This document shows positions 37,565 to 51,129 of a stretch of DNA of 52,954 nucleotides, one piece after another. Numbering within the stretch: position 1 is the first letter of the stretch; the number at the start of each line of letters is the position of its first letter. Source of the stretch: Octopus bimaculoides (taxonomy: Eukaryota); contig NC_068982.1 of assembly GCF_001194135.2 (NCBI RefSeq), positions 175,723,748 to 175,776,701 on the forward strand, in the 5' to 3' direction. A program made the position numbers and the translations under genes. The notes below the pieces were generated by a model. The model was given only the letters and a program-made list of their open reading frames with translations. It did not search any database and was not told where the DNA came from.

Positions 37565-37925
37565 CTAGAAAAAGAAAAGTGAACAACTATGATGAATCGA
37601 AGTGGGAAATACACAGGTTGTTTTCAATGAAGAAAGTAGATATGATACCGATAGTGATTGGTGCACTTGGAAATATCAGTAGTGAACTACCAATGTGGCT
37701 GAAAAATGCAGGAAGAAATATACAGATAGAACACCAATAAGAATTATCAGCCTGGAACTGCAAGAGTTCTCCGCTGAGTTCTTGAAGCATGATCAGTAAA
37801 CAAATGTCACCTTAGTCTGTTGGCTGTGGGCAGCTGACACTTTCCATCATATCCAGCAAAATATAGCTGAGAGTTTTCATGATATAATGATAACAATGAT
37901 GATGATGATGATGATTACTACTACT
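37565..37925 (+). mobile_element. R4/Dong-like LINE extreme 3' end
   Basis: Reads KWEIHRLFSMKKVDMIPIVIGALGNISSELPMWLKNAG...GTARVLR*VLEA*, then a 3' UTR ending in a tgataa/tga trinucleotide tract. Confidence 0.75.
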
Positions 37926-38094
37926 GGCAACAGACAACAAATATTTAGTAAGAGGTGTGGTTCCATTGGATATCTGTATAATACTAGTAAATATTTTATT
38001 GACACAGGAGGGAAGAGAAACAAAAATCAACCCTGGCATAATCTGAATTCGAAATGTAAGGTATTTTGTTTGATCTTCTACTGTTACTGTCATC

Positions 38095-38405
38095 CAAAGA
38101 GACAGAAGAAGACATATGAAGAAAATAGAAGGGGACATAGGACATCAGAAGAAAACATACAAAGAAGACATAAAAAAGCTGATATATGATGGCATAAGAA
38201 GATGACATACAAAGAGAACATACAAAAATGACATGAAGAAGACATACAAAGAAGACATATGAAGACATACAAAGAATACATATAAAAACATAAGATGACA
38301 TACAAAGAAGGCATACATAGACATGAGATAACATAAGACATAGAAGACAAGTAGAGAGCAGACAAAATGCAGAAGGTAAGACAGTAGAAGAAATGAAGAA
38401 CATGA
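38095..38405. repeat. Degenerate minisatellite of about aagaagacatacaaag
   Basis: Repeated gaagacata(c/t)a motifs, which generate the spurious minus-strand ORFs here. Confidence 0.8.
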
Positions 38406-40834
38406 AAAGTAAATGGACAAAAAAAAAAAAAAGATCAAGAAAGATGAAGAGAAATTAAATAAGAAATACAGAGAGAAACAAAATAGTGAAATCTCAAGAA
38501 TACAAAGAATATCTCTCCATTCTTTGCATCACAAACAACCCATTTCTTTCTTCTAATCTGTATTTGAAATATACAGAGACAAATAAATAATTCACTTTAT
38601 TTCTTGATAAAAATTACTGCTGTTTATAGATTTTATTTCTGACAGGTTAGCAGTTTGCAGGATGTTTGTTATACAGCTTCAGGTCAACCCTGATTAAGCA
38701 GACCTATAACCAAAGGTGTCCCAGTTATGGTTGACTAGGGTTATTTTATAATATTTAATTCTTTTTATCGCTCTGTCTGGTTAAGAAATATAATGAGATG
38801 ATGTAGTCTGTTAAGATATTCAGCAAAAGACAAAAAGAAAAATGGCTTCTAAATGCACAGATGGGAACAAACAAATCCTAAAAACTTACTTTTAACTACA
38901 AATAAAATGATAACCATGTTGTAGAATGTGGTAATGACAAAAATTACCTTGGCAACAACTCTAGCAATAAACTTTACCAAGCAAAACACACTGACCAACA
39001 GATGACTACCCACCCCAGCTAACAACAGGTTAACAAAAAATAAGAGAGCCTCTATGCAGTCACTCAACCTAATAGCAATAGCTGGTAAGTTACTCTCAAA
39101 TCACACTCTTCCATTTTAAAAATAAACAATGTGGTTCTGGATTCATTGGTTGATGGTAGAACACCTTTGGAAGAAAATAGTTTATTTATTTATTTTTTTC
39201 CCCAATAATGCCAGTTTAATGTAGACAACTACAACCAATGTACTGAAATACTGTGCATGCTAAACCGCTAGAAATAAAGATTTATAAATAGTAATTTTCA
39301 CCTACATGCCATACCTAACATAAGAGAAGTAGACAAGTAAATGGATGAAGCCCTTTTGCCATTAGAAACTGGAATGCTCAACCGACCACCTTGGGAAGCA
39401 TGACAGAAACAGTGAAGCTCAAAGTAGAAAAATTTTAGTGGAACCACAGCAAAAAAAAAAAAAAAAACTTTGATAAATAAACAACAATGCTTAATGCAAT
39501 GAACACAAACACATAGATGTATAGACATGTATCATACATATACATATATATACACATATATACACGAGTGTGAGAGAGGATCACAAACACATATACCCAT
39601 ATAAAATACAATCAATCATATCCATATATATATGCAAATATACAAACCATATCTCAAAAGATATCCTTTGGTTCCTAGTGAGAAACTTAATCTCACAAGA
39701 GGTTTAATGCAGAGGAGGAGAACCATGTTGCTTTGCTTTTTAGTTGGCAGATCTCTTCTCTGAGTTTGTGGTATAAATCTTACAGATAAACTGAGAGAAG
39801 AAAACTACTAACCAAAAAAAAAGTTCTCCATCATTATTTTAATAAGTATTTCTTTTAAATGATAATAGAAATGATTGCTTCTTACACATGCACAAAGTCA
39901 TACATTTGGTTGGAGAAGCAAAGTCAATTTCAAAAGAAGATGAACTCAGAATGTAAAGCATCAGTGTAATTTGAACTCAGAATGAATTCGGAATGAACTC
40001 AGAAAGTGCCAGAAAGAATAACACAGGGCATATTTTATGACATTCTAAATGATTCTGCCATTCCTCTTTCTAATTTAGGTACAAAGCCAACTATTTTGAA
40101 GGGAGGGGTCAGCTGATTAACTTGATCGTGGTACTTGACTGTTAATATATTTCATCATCCCTTGAGAACTGAAAGGCAAAGTTGATCCCAGCATGATTCG
40201 GACACAAACATAAAGAGTGAAATGATAACAAAAATCACATCAAAGTTTGGTACAAAGTCACAAATTTATATATGAAGGTTACAATTGACTGAATGAACTC
40301 TAGTAAACATTTATTTCGATCAGCTGTGGAGGGATGAAAGGCAAAGTATGACAGATGCAGGATTTAAATACATAAAGAAATGTAACATTATTTAAGAACT
40401 GCAGTTTCTGCAACTCTACAATGCTAGCTAATAAAGACAAATATATCAGCTCTCTCTCATTTTGCTCAGTAGCAGTTGCTGTTCATGACAATTGTGATGA
40501 TGACAACAAATTATGAATGATGTGCTTAAAAACAGACATAGGGGAAAAAAATGCCCCCAAAAATATTTGTATAAACAGTTAAATCTAAAATTGATTATCC
40601 GTACAAGACAGACGGCTATTAATTTGTAGATAACTGATTCTTTGGATATGATGGTTAACAAAGCAAGCCATAATGAACAGAATGATGTGTCTTGAGATCT
40701 TGTTCAGATAAGTGATTTTTCAAATAACCAAGATTTAGTTATATCTATATCTATTCTCAACTTTAATATTATCTGAATATTTAATTCAGACAACGATTTA
40801 ACAGTGGAAAACTTCAGTGTACAGTGTTGGTGAC

Positions 40835-41065
40835 ATTCTTTAGCATGGTTAATACAACTGCAATATCCAAAGTAATTCTTGACAAAGCTGCAGACAACTG
40901 TCCATATGCAAATATATCAGATCAGATCTATTTTACTTAATGACTGATGTTGTGGCATATTGACTGTTCTTGTGAAAGCCATTCAAACTGGAAGCTTTAA
41001 TCGCATATGGATGAATGGCAGAGTGGTGTCAAAAGGTTTAGTTTGATTATAGGCGCAATGAAATG
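40835..41065 (-). pseudogene. Helitron/Pif1-type helicase C-terminal relic
   Basis: The minus strand reads DTTLPFIHMRLKLPV*MAFTRTVNMPQHQSLSKIDL, then after a frameshift IFAYGQLSAALSRIT. This matches Helitron LPF...QFPVRLAFAMTINKSQGQSL and FSHGQLYVALSRV. Confidence 0.6.
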
Positions 41066-41261
41066 TATTTTTATAATATTTTTCGTCTGTAACAAACACA
41101 CTGTTTGTAGTATTGATGTCAATCAACTATAAACATTCAAAAATGCCCTGAGACTAATTTCATCAGCTAGAATGAAAATCTGGTATATGAATGAATCTGT
41201 TGATGACACACTTTGTTTCCTTTCGCAAAATGATTTACATTTACTAGATTATGATGATGTT

Positions 41262-42525
41262 TCAGGGTGATTTTAGCCAAACTGACTTCAAAGCTGAAAA
41301 TGCCAGAAACATAATTTCAGCAATAAACTCATACGCAGTTGCAGTAGTTCAGTATGGCACTGGAATCTTGAAGTGGGCAGAGGAGGAACTGAAGGAGATG
41401 GACAGGAAGTCAAAAAAGCTTCTAACGATGCATGGAGCCCATCATCCATGTGCAGACACTGATTACCTATACATGAAGTGAGAAAATGGAGAAAGAGGAC
41501 TGATAGGTGTGGAAGACTGCATGCGTATTGAACTCGAGAGCTTAATGAGATACCGAGCCAAAAGTAAGGAAACCTTGCTAGTGACAGTTTGGAACGAGGA
41601 AGTATTGAAAGCAGAGAAATCAAAACAACAAAGGAACAAGTGCAAAAAAGATATAAAGAAGAATTGTGCAAGAGGGGACTACACAATCAATTCCATGCAG
41701 CCACAACAGAAGTTGCTGGGAAAAATAGGTGGCACTGACTGATGGAAGGAACACTAAAAGAAGAGACTGGGAGCACTCTACTGGCAGAGCAAGACCAAGC
41801 TTTGGTCACAGGCTGGAGGGTCAACCTTAGGAATGAGCAAGTGTCTCCACTGTGCCGCATCTGCAATAGAGCGGATGAAACCATTGCCCGTATCATGAAT
41901 GAATGCCCTAGACTTACCCAAAACCACTACAAGTTGTGGCGAAACAATCAGATAGTGAAAGTGCTTCCTTGGAAACTGGGTGAAAAGTAGGGGCTAGAGA
42001 GAGGCAAAACATGGTATGAGCACAAACCACAGAGAGTAGCTGAGTTGGAGACTGATAAAATCCTCTGGGATTTCCCAATCTAAACAGATCAGGTTCTAGA
42101 GAATAACAGACTGGACTTAGTAGTGGTGGTGGAGAAGATGCATCACATATGCTATATAATTGATGTTGCATGCTCCTTTGACCCATGAACAGTCAAGAAG
42201 GAAGGCGAAAAGATAGATAAATACAACCCTCTTAAGTACGAAATAGCCCAGTTATGGAAAATGAAGAAGGTGAAGATAGTGCCAATTATTGTTGGGTCCT
42301 TGGGAACAGTATCAGAAGGTATCAAGGGGAATATAAAGGAAATTGGAATAAAGTGTCCAGTAGAACTGTTACAAAAGGTTTGCCTCCTTAGCATGGCCAG
42401 AATAATCAGGAAAGTATTAGGTAGCTGAAAAGAATGGATAGCATGGTACCGTAGGCTGCAGGTAGCAAGCCTGCTATGCATGTAAGACTCCAGGAGCTTC
42501 AACAAAACCTGTGATAAAGACAATA
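41262..42525 (+). mobile_element. R4/Dong-like LINE 3' 1.25 kb (thumb, CCHC knuckle, restriction-like endonuclease)
   Basis: Reads AINSYAVAVVQYGTGILKW, LKEETGSTLLAEQDQAL, CRICNRADETIARIMNEC, WYEHKP, KILWDFPI, and KYEIAQLWKMKKVKIVPIIVGSLG...RIIRKVLGS*. Confidence 0.85.
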
Positions 42526-42529
42526 ATTC

Positions 42530-42835
42530 TTTCTACCATAGGCACAAAGCCTGAAATTTTGGGGAGGTGGGGGGGGGGGCTAGTTGATTACATCAACACC
42601 AGTATGTAACTGGTACTTATTTCATCGACCCCAAAAGGATGAAAGGCAAAGTCAACCTCACAGAATTTAATAATAATAATCATAATCCTTTCTACTAGAG
42701 GTACAAGACCTGAAATTTGGGGGGTGGGGGTGGATAGTTGATTACATTGATACCTGAGCTCAACTCTTATTTTATCGACCCTGAAAGTACGAAAGGCAAA
42801 GTCAACCTTGCCAGAATTTGAACACAGAATGTGAA
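42530..42835 (-). mobile_element. Two tandem diverged copies of the 34790-family SINE
   Basis: cctgaaattttgggg...tagttgattacat...tcgacc...gaaaggcaaagtcaacct occurs twice, separated by (taa)n. Confidence 0.75.
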
Positions 42836-44425
42836 GCACTGGAACAATTATTGCAAAACATTTTGTTCTATTTTAATGTTTCTACCAATCCACCATTAAG
42901 AAGAAAGGGACCGTGTGAAATATGTTAATGAAATTTACTTAGGTATATATTTACTACCGTAAACAACTCTACAAATACAAACAACAAAAAAAGCAATGCA
43001 AATAACAACAGCCACAGTTTACAGTATTTGGCACAAAAGACATTTTACATTCACAACAAACTAAACCACCATTTTTGATAATATACACAGAAAAACTCAA
43101 TGAGGAAGTCGTTGTGTTGTTGTCCAGCCAGCTAGATTAGATGCTGCAACAAATTTTCCTTAAATCACATCCTACCATCTTAAATAAAGGACACATTCAA
43201 TAGGGTAGCCTTGAATATATTATATGAGTAAAATAGACTGGATTACCACTAAACTAAAATACCCATAATCATGAATGTTATGGCTCAAGGTTGAACAACT
43301 AAATAAACACATTAATAAATATTGACACAAAGTAAATGTTGATGGATTTCATTATATGAAGTAAATATGAGATAAAACATACCCTCGGCATATAACAACC
43401 TGTATATGTGTACAAACATCACTCATGAACTTCCAGTCAAATATCTACAAATAAATCTATTATATGTCAAATGACACAACTACAAAGTTGACTAGCCTTT
43501 TTTCTTTTTTTTTCACTATGTCAAAGAACCAAGGCAAACATTGTGAGATTTGTCTTACATAGACATATAATATTTGATATACATATGGCAAATATTTTTT
43601 AAAATGGGGTGAGCAAATCATTCTATTACTTCAATTTACAATTGTTTAGCCAGTAGTTGCAGGAATTATTGCATAATATTTCAAAACTGATTATATTGAA
43701 TTATGATGAAACAATTGTAAACTGAAGCAGTAAAATGATTTTCTCATTCCATTTTTCTATTATTTGTCATTATATACAGATATATGTGGATTTTCACATA
43801 CTTATTTGGCAGAACAAACAATCTCCAATTTGTAATTTTGTTAGCTAACTAATGTGCTTAATATGGTAAGCACCAGAATTATATACCCCAAATGAACTTC
43901 TTATATGTGTGTGTGTGTGCATGTGTGATTGTATGGTTAAGAAATTTGCTTCTCAAATATGTGGTCCTGAGTTCAGCCAAACTGCACAGCATCCTGGGCA
44001 AATCCCTTCCATATAGTTATGGACCAACAAAAACCTTGTGAGTGGATTTGGAAGACAGAAACTGAAAGATGCTATCATCATCATTTAACATCCAGTTTCC
44101 ATTCTTGTCCATCATTACTATGAGTGTGCATGTGTGTGCTCTTGTGTAGATATTACATGATGGTTGTAAATGAGAATCATTGTCATAGAAGAGAGGTTGT
44201 TCATTTCCAGTCTCCTATGATAAAATGTCAATCTATGAGGAAATATTTTGCTTAGAAACTGATGAGGGTTGGTGATAGGAAGGGCATCCACCTGAAGAAC
44301 ATCTACCTCAACAAATTCTGTCTGACCCATGCAAACATGGAAAAGTGGACATTAAATTTAGGTTATATACCACCATCGTCAATGTCCATGTTTCATGCAG
44401 GCATGGGTTGGGTATGCATACATAT

Positions 44426-44472
<47 letters not shown>

Positions 44473-47422
44473 TAAATTTATATATATATATCGCAACATT
44501 ATCATCATTTTATATCAAACTACCATGTTGATGTGTGTTAAACAGCAGGTGAACTGTGTCTAGCTGCAGTGTCTTAGTTTTGGCATGGTTTCTATGACTG
44601 GATGCACTTCCTAATACCAACCACTTTACAAGGTATAGTGAGGGAATACTTTCATTGTACCTGCACTAATGAGGTACCAGCACTACCGAGATCAACTTGT
44701 AACTGGCAAGAACCACCAAAACTGGGAAAACGAATACGAGGAAAAGGATGTCGTCACAGAGGTCAGCCACTCACAAATGGGAATGTCTTACATAAAGCTG
44801 TAGAAAAAAGTACATCCATGGTAAACCATGTAACAACAGACCTGCATAAAAATCTAGATATGCAGGGATTTTCCAAGAAAACACAAAGCGAACTAACTTT
44901 CATCTTTCAAATCCAATCAATTAGTGGTGTAGTGAAGATTTGGAAAACTTTCCACTGATTCTCCTTTTAAGTTTTCTGAAATGAACATATACATGCAATA
45001 TATGGTATATGCACAAAGAGAAAGAGATAAGCCCACTCAACACATGAAGGCATAAGGCATATATCTATCTATATCCAATATTCATCTACATATATGTATG
45101 CACAAACTACTCATATATTCACAATCCCTGAAACTATCGCAAACAAAAGAAAAGCAATTGTCAATTTGTTAGCAACCAGCTTGAATTCTGAGAATTTGAA
45201 TAAATCTTAAAGAAAAGTATATACATAACCACATACATATACCTATACATGCACACACACACACACATATAAATATTATTCTTTTGAAAATCTCGAAGGA
45301 AATACAAAATTTATAACAAGATTAGATAAGAATTATGATGGAAGATGGCTTCAAGCAATCAATTATATTACATAACTTGGAGGAAAGAAAAAAGCTGAGT
45401 TGAAAAAATAAATTAGATTAAAAATATATAATATGGGCAGAAAAATAAATTCGACAAAATATTAAATAAAATAGAAAACAATAATTTTTGAGTATAAAAC
45501 TTAGATTTTTACTATTGCATATAATATGATTTTTAGCTTCAACACAGGGCCATAAATTTAAAACAGAAGTCGCATCACCTGAATTGACTTCAGTACATAA
45601 CAAATAATAGTTTTATTGACCCAAGAGGGATAAAAGTGGCTGCTTGCCTCATTGGAAAAAAGCACTTAAATTTCCCTCATATCACATCTCTTAAACATAG
45701 TGTATCTTTGACTACATTATCCATTGTCTTTCATTTAAAAGGAAAACTATTTAAAGAGCACAAAAATACAGGTTGCTTACATCTGGAATACATTTGATAA
45801 CACATCTGTCCGGTTAGGGTTGATATGGGACCAAACAACATCAGTAGCCATAGGTCCAGTGCACCAAACAAACTGAAACAAGTTGTTTTTAGTTAACAAA
45901 AGCAAAGCTCTATTGGTTTTCAAAAATATAGAGAAATTAATTCTTTTGAAATCACACAATTCAAAATGACAACTTCAATTTTTGGTTTCCTTATCATTAA
46001 TCTAATGAAAGTTAAAATGACCCCAGGACAGAATACTAGGCTACTGTTGGCAGCATGTTTCAGAAAATGTAAATCTCAGTTATTCCTAACAGCTAAATGA
46101 ACTGTGGTTACTTGCAGCAGGCTTGAATTCAAGACCTTCACTCTGTTATACTATATCCAGTCAACTATTCTTTTTCTACTTTAATACAATATGGTTTCAA
46201 TTCATTGCAGTAGCATTGGTTTTGTGCTTCTTAAAAACCATTCACATGCCCTCTCCCCACCCCCTCTGCACTTTCATGAAATCCTTGCTCATGCACCCTG
46301 CTCAATCTTCTACCATTCCATTTATATTCACCTCCTTGCACTTTCAGAGTAAGCCCTGGCACATCAGCACCATCTCTCTCATACTCTTGCTCACTCTCTC
46401 CCTCCCACTGGGGTAACCATGAATCTTTTCTACAGCAATATACATGTTTCTATCCTTCTGTCATACTCTGATCTTTCATCACCTGGTACAAAACCACCTC
46501 CTTCAATATCACTCCCCTCTCAGTTGAGGGACCCTTGTTTTGCAAGTTACTTGGTGACCTCACTGCCACTGGTGGCATGTAAAATGTACCCAGTTCACTT
46601 TGTGAAGCAGTTGGCATTAGGAAAGGCATCCAGCCATAAAAACCATATCAAAGCAGACATTGGAGCTTGGCGCAGTCCTCTGGCTTACCAGCACCGATCA
46701 AACTTTCCAACCCATGCCAACATGGAAGATGGACATTAAATGATGATGATGATTTCCAACCAAATAATACATGGCAAACTCATTTCTCCAAATGACTGTA
46801 GATTGCTATAATTTCCACCATCCAAAACTTGAGTGTTTCTGATTTTTGTCCAGTGTAATTGGTTGCTAGCTTGGGGGTTCCTTCTAGCATCACAAAAAAA
46901 CCACTGAAAGCAAGGAAGTCCTAAGCAAATTACAAAAGTGAAATCATCAGGGGACTTCTGTGTATTTTTGAAATTTTGCTTCTTCATTAAGTTATCAATC
47001 AATATTACAACAAAATATGTACTGAGTGAGAAAATGGCTTATACAAAATTTGAAAATCAAAATGCAATAGCTGTATGCTGATATAGGGTAAAATATGTTG
47101 AAAAATTCATCACAAATTTAGAGTAAGATTTCCTTTTAGTTTCCCAATGTTAAATATTTTAGGGTTAAAATTAAGTAGAATATTTATTTCAGATTTGTAG
47201 TGAGATGGGATTGACAGCTAACAGCTTATTCAAAACCTTTGCTTTTTCTTGAAATAACTCTTGCTTTGTGTACCAGCAAAACAGATATTTCACTGTACAG
47301 TGAAGTTATTTCTATTTAATCATTCCTGATCAAATAAATTCATAATGAAAGACATTCTATCCATGACCATCCTGTCACTTCCATGTTAAAAACACAGTAA
47401 AGAAAGTGTTGTTTTTTTTTTA

Positions 47423-47610
47423 CCCTTTAGCATTTAAACTGGCCATATCTGACCTAATTATTCTTGTTTAATGCACAAAACAGCCAGATCTGGCTTCTCG
47501 CACCAACCTTACAATGTCATTCTAAAAATAAACAATTACATCATCAATTAATTTAAAACAATGTGAATGAATAAGTATTACATTTCATAGAAGAATCTGA
47601 ATGCTAAGGC
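47423..47610. mobile_element. Possible decayed MITE with piggyBac-like CCC terminus
   Basis: Left end ccctttagcatt and right end aatgctaagg form a partial inverted match. The TTAA target is not intact. Confidence 0.35.
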
Positions 47611-48670
47611 AATACAATATAATTCAAGAGATGTAGATATTATTTCTAACAGGTTGAGCAACAGCAGAGAGGCTATAAAGTTGGAATTTTCACACAAACT
47701 CTGTTTATGATACTATGTCTATTCTGTTAATAATCTGTGAGTAAGCTATATTTATTTACTCAACATTTATAAGCAGCATTCATTATATATAATATCTGAA
47801 AGATGATTTCACTCAAATCATGAAGGTATAATTAAATAGATTCATATCAGTATACTAACTACAAATCAGAGAAAAGCATACTACAACATCTGAGAGGAAT
47901 TTAAACTTAGTGTTGGGCAGATAGGATAAGTTACATTAATATTAAGTTACACTGGCAAAATACAAGGGAGATGAATGTTATAAAAATCTGTCTGTGACAA
48001 AGAGTTGATCTACTTGCATTATGCAAGATATATATGTATGTGCAAGTGAAACAACTCATATATTTTAAGTGATTGGAGAAATGGAATTTAGAGCATACCA
48101 ATGGCTACCAGACAGTAGCTCCACCAACAAATCTGGTAGCAGTTTTCATGATAAAAAAAAATGTTTTATTTTGTATATTTTCCTCATTTATACTATATTG
48201 GTTTAAACTGCTGGCAATAAAGCCTGTACAAATGTTTCTTTATGATTAGAAGTTGCCTGACTTGCAAATTACAGTTGCTAGACATTCAATTCAAAAAAAA
48301 AAAAAAAAAATTCTTAACTTCTGAAAGCACTGGAAGCAGAGGCTTAAAATCTTTAATACTTTAGGTCCCAAGTTAAAAAATGGGACTTAGGAAGGGAGAT
48401 TCTTGTTACTTGATAAAACCACCAAGTGGATGTAAGCTTTCATCCACTTGGATTACTCGAAGCAAAACTACTATCATAAGATATTACTCTACCAAAACTA
48501 CTTCTATTACATAGCTAACATCATCTTGATTAGAATTATACTATAGCCACCAATATCATATCAACTCCCCGTACAACATAGAACACCGATACCAAATCAA
48601 ATATTCTCACACCAAAAAGTTTATTTCAGCATGGACACATTTAGGATTATAAATGCATGCAAGTATTAGT

Positions 48671-48752
48671 TATAGTATGTGTATATGTATTAGTATGTGT
48701 ATAGTATGTGTATATGTATTAGTATGTGTATAGTATGTGTATATGTATTAGT
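48671..48752. repeat. 29-bp tandem repeat, about 2.8 perfect copies
   Basis: tatagtatgtgtatatgtattagtatgtg at 48671, 48700 and 48729. Confidence 0.95.
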
Positions 48753-51129
48753 GCAAAAAGAATTTGGGGGTATTTTTGATTTTTAACAGAAGTAACAAAT
48801 AATAACAAATAGAATAACTTTTAATAAAAAGTTTTAGCTTTAATAAAAGCTAATATTTTCTAAATCTAAATATTTTATACGAAATTTCATTCTTAGCTGC
48901 AATAGTTTGAGTAAAAATTTTCTTGTTCTGTACTTGTCCTGTACTTTTCAACGTGTAATAACTTGTCCTGTACTTTTCCAGATTTATAATCTTAAGAATA
49001 ATATTTCTCTTGCTCACATTTTTCCATGTAATATAGGAATGTGTGAAGCATACAAAAAGCTCAAAACACACCTCATAGTAAGATTATGGAGAACTTCAAT
49101 GTTTACAATAAGTCACTAAATTAAAACATGATTGGGACATGAATCAATAGAAAATACAGACATAACGTTATCTGTGACTATTTCACTAAAGAACACCTAA
49201 CACAGACAGAAGCTTCCAGCTTTCTGACATTGGATGATTTCCTTTTATTGAGTTGCACTTACCATATACGAACAGAAGGGAGAAACAGAAATCGATTTAA
49301 ATTATAATATACAACCAAAATAGATTTACCTCTCCAGAAGAGAACATTAACTGATTATGGAAAAACATTGGACTACTGAATGCTAAGTGAAGTAAATAAC
49401 AAATTCACGACCCAAATCCATGATACAAAGTAGCCAAAATCCAACAGAGACTGCTGACCAGAGACATTCACAAAGTAAATGAACTGCCCTTCAACATGAA
49501 CTACAAGTTGTAACTCTTTTGTTGAATTAAACTGCCTTTGTTTCAGTCAATTTTGAAAATGAGGGAGAATTTGATAAAATATCTAAATCATTATTAAGCT
49601 GGTGTTTAGAGCATAATTTAACATGAAATTTGAAAGAAAGGTTTAAATTTAAATCACTTAAAACAAGAAATCTGCATGATAGCACCAAGGCCAGTCTTGA
49701 AAAGCTTAGTATCAAGAGGGTTCAGAAATTATGAGAACATAGGATTATCAACTACAAGTTTTCATTAAATCCACAAATTGTATATTACAGTATGAAAAGT
49801 CATACCAATCAAAATTTTAAATGGAGCTTCCCTGGGGTGGTCTGGAGTTGGAATCTGGAATGTAAGTAAACAACATAGTCTCAATGCAGTATGATTAAAA
49901 GAGCCTACAGAAGATATTTTACTTTGACCTTACAATGGATACTAGAGTCACTATGCCTCACTATCATTCCACCTATTAGCTGAACAAACCTACTAATAAA
50001 GGAACTTGAAAAGGAAAGAATATCAGCAAAACCAACAGATACAAACATTACTAGGAAGAGTAGTTCTCTTCATCGAATGATAGATATATCATATCCCATA
50101 TGGGAAAATATGCCTTCACTATTCATGAAAAAGAAACATACTAAATACTTGCTCAATAAAAGAAATTATGATACCTCCAAATTTCTGTGTTGTGATAGAA
50201 AATGACAATAGCCTATTCCAATGTGAAAGATGTTATCCACATCATCAGCAGCAACCCAAGAACATGGTACTTTAGTGTACTGGGCCATGGTCACAACATT
50301 TTTGCATAAAAGCCTAAAAATGCTGAGGTTTTCCATGAAAGAGCGAAGCAAATGATGAGTGGTACAATGAAAACTTGCAAAACATATCAAAGATACTCTT
50401 TTCAGAGTCACACATATATATATGGCATATATTCAAGTCATAAAAATTGCTGACATTCATATACCAAAGATATACATATATATATTTATACGTCTGTTAC
50501 ATGAGTGCAAGTATATTGACACTTGCAACTAAATATATGCTCACACTAACACCCTCACATATTTTATAAAAACAAAAAAATAAATTCCCGTAACTATCTT
50601 GACACATGCAAAAAAAATATTTGTCATTGTGTTAGTGACTGGCTTCAGTTCTGCAAAGAATAAGTCTCAAAAAAAAAAAAAAGAGCATATTTGTGTACAC
50701 ACACATGCATACACATACATAAATACACAAATGTGCATAAATGCACACACACGCATACACACATGCAAATATGTGGAAAGATAGCGAGATAAATATAAAT
50801 ATTTATGACATCTATGAAAGATGGAAAACCCTGCTAGGTGGACAGGTTGAATGACAGTTTGGTAGGGTTCTTCTGGAACCCTCATTCACAGAAGAGCCTG
50901 TCTTCTAATAATAAATGGCATTTGATGACACAGAGTGATATAAAGAGAAGTAGGAAGAGGAAATAGTAGTTGCAAAACACCCATCCTTCCTACGTTTCTA
51001 AAAGATATCCATACCCTACCACCCCATCTAAATATAAACAGAAAAAGAGTTAACAAATAAAAAAAAACTTAAACCAGTAAAGAAATCTCCTTTGGACTCC
51101 TGTTACATCAAACCTTGGTAACTTAACCC

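Noticed and set aside
39315-39417. Minus-strand exon candidate LHCFCHASQGGRL...
   Set aside because: It needs a rare GAG acceptor and has no recognisable homology.
48932-48978. 18-bp perfect direct repeat acttgtcctgtacttttc
   Set aside because: It is most simply a local slippage duplication.
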